From positions 1-25,568 of IMG/VR virus record IMGVR_UViG_3300005442_000002: a stretch of 25,568 nucleotides of DNA; one strand, 5' to 3'. Within the stretch, counting starts at the first letter, position 1, and each line of letters begins with the position of its first letter. Made by a program: the position numbers and the translations under genes. Below the pieces are notes generated by a model. The model saw nothing but the letters and a program-made list of their open reading frames with translations. It did not search any database and was not told the origin of the DNA. This document shows, in pieces, positions 24,463 through 25,568 of the stretch. Source of the stretch: a virus (Duplodnaviria > Caudoviricetes).

Positions 24463-25568
24463 ACTCCTAAAATTTAATAAAACTTACTTTCCCCTATTCA
24501 ACAACTCCTCGTTTTTCTTCTGCAAATAATCTATAAACGAACCATACTCCGTATTGAAGTGCTCCCACCCTTTATTCTCAATATACTGCACCTTCTCCCT
24601 AACTTCCCGATAATAACTGAAGTACAAGAGAAACAGAAACACAAAACAAAGTAAAACTAACACAAACTAAAACTAACACCTTCCACCAGTTAATCTTCAT
24701 CCCGATACCCCTCCTTATGGAGTGTCTTCAAGTGCAACTGAATTAACTCTTCCAACTCTTTATTGAAACTCGGACTAGAGAATAATTTTTCAACAGTGAG
24801 TAAAACACGGTTTGCTACACCTTCCAAATGAATTATCCCCCTTACCTCTTCAATACCCCCGACAACTTATCAGCTAACCGTTGAGTCCAACTCAAATCTA
24901 ACGGAGTCTCGCAAACATACTCTTTACCTCTTATCGTGGCTTTAGACCTCACTAAACGAAGGCGACCTTTCTTATCAAAGTGAAATTCGGATCTCACCAT
25001 TGAGTTGTCTAAATCCTTATTCCGGTGAGTTACCGTTAATAAGGTGTCACCACCATAGATATTACCTTCAAAATTTTTCACACGCTCAACAGAAAGATAC
25101 TTAGAACTGTTATAAAGGAATTTTTCAACTCGGTCGATGGGTGCAGTCAAGGTTAGCACGATATACCCCCTCCTAGCGATTACCTAGATAATACCTAGTG
25201 AATAACAAAAGGACTCCAGTTGCTCACTAGGTATTAACTCTTTATACCCCTTGACGAGATAGGAAGAAAATTTTACTTGGACTGGCAAGTTTACCCCGAT
25301 ACCGCATAAGCTGTGTAGCGAAGCACACAGCAATAGGGTCAATCTGACCGTTAAAAGCCGTTCACATGCTTACCACTGCCTCAACCTTCAACTCGTAAAA
25401 TATAAAATACTCGCGATACCCCCATAAACACAAAAGCTACTGCTCACTCGCAGTAGCTCTTCCTCTCGGTATAAACAACTTACCCATTACGATAGGAAAG
25501 ATGCTGAATCAATTTCTCTCTTACAGGATGGTCGTTAGGAACTAAGGCTAGAAGGGCTTCCATGATAA
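24463..25568 (+). repeat. Terminal direct repeat/overlap, copy 2
   Basis: 1106 bp matching 1..1115. Ends inside the 98-aa membrane protein gene (only its 3' part, 25480-25568, is present). Confidence 0.97.
24842..25159 (-). CDS. Duplicate of 389..706 in the terminal repeat
   Basis: Identical protein, one synonymous SNP (25031). Confidence 0.8.
   Translation of the reverse strand: MLTLTAPIDRVEKFLYNSSKYLSVERVKNFEGNIYGGDTLLTVTHRNKDLDNSMVRSEFHFDKKGRLRLVRSKATIRGKEYVCETPLDLSWTQRLADKLSGVLKR

Larger units (their letters stand above)
1..25568 (-). mobile_element. Complete small tailed phage genome (siphovirus-like gene order), unit ~24,462 bp, with terminal overlap
   Basis: Full packaging, head, tail and lysis modules in canonical order, all on the minus strand. 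The two ends of the window repeat each other. Confidence 0.93.

Overview
The window appears to be one complete, very small tailed-phage genome of siphovirus layout. The unit length is about 24.46 kb, plus a ~1.1 kb terminal overlap: 1..1115 recurs at 24463..25568 with 4 SNPs and a 9-bp indel. Every credible gene is on the minus strand. In transcription order the early block has three hypotheticals, an HNH protein, a 420-aa putative replication initiator with four internal 27-bp iteron-like repeats, a hypothetical and an XRE-type HTH protein. It is followed by TerS, PBSX-type TerL, portal, a protease-scaffold fusion, major capsid, head-tail joining genes, tail tube, the tail chaperone G/GT pair and tape measure. 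The end of the genome carries tail-tip proteins, a glycine-rich tail protein, a tail fibre-like protein, holin, a DUF1906-type endolysin, a small membrane protein and three small genes. No integrase, divergent repressor, partition system, helicase, polymerase or tRNA was recognised. Strong GGAGG RBSs and the endolysin suggest a Bacillota host (inference). The most unusual features are: a tape-measure gene whose core is a ~145-residue (X-Pro)n tandem repeat; an apparently circularly permuted glycine-rich (ALK/LTK-like) domain; two families of repeated intergenic promoter motifs; and several switch-like RNA structures (upstream of lysis, after the capsid gene, and at 713-900). All product calls rest on motif recognition and synteny, not on database searches.
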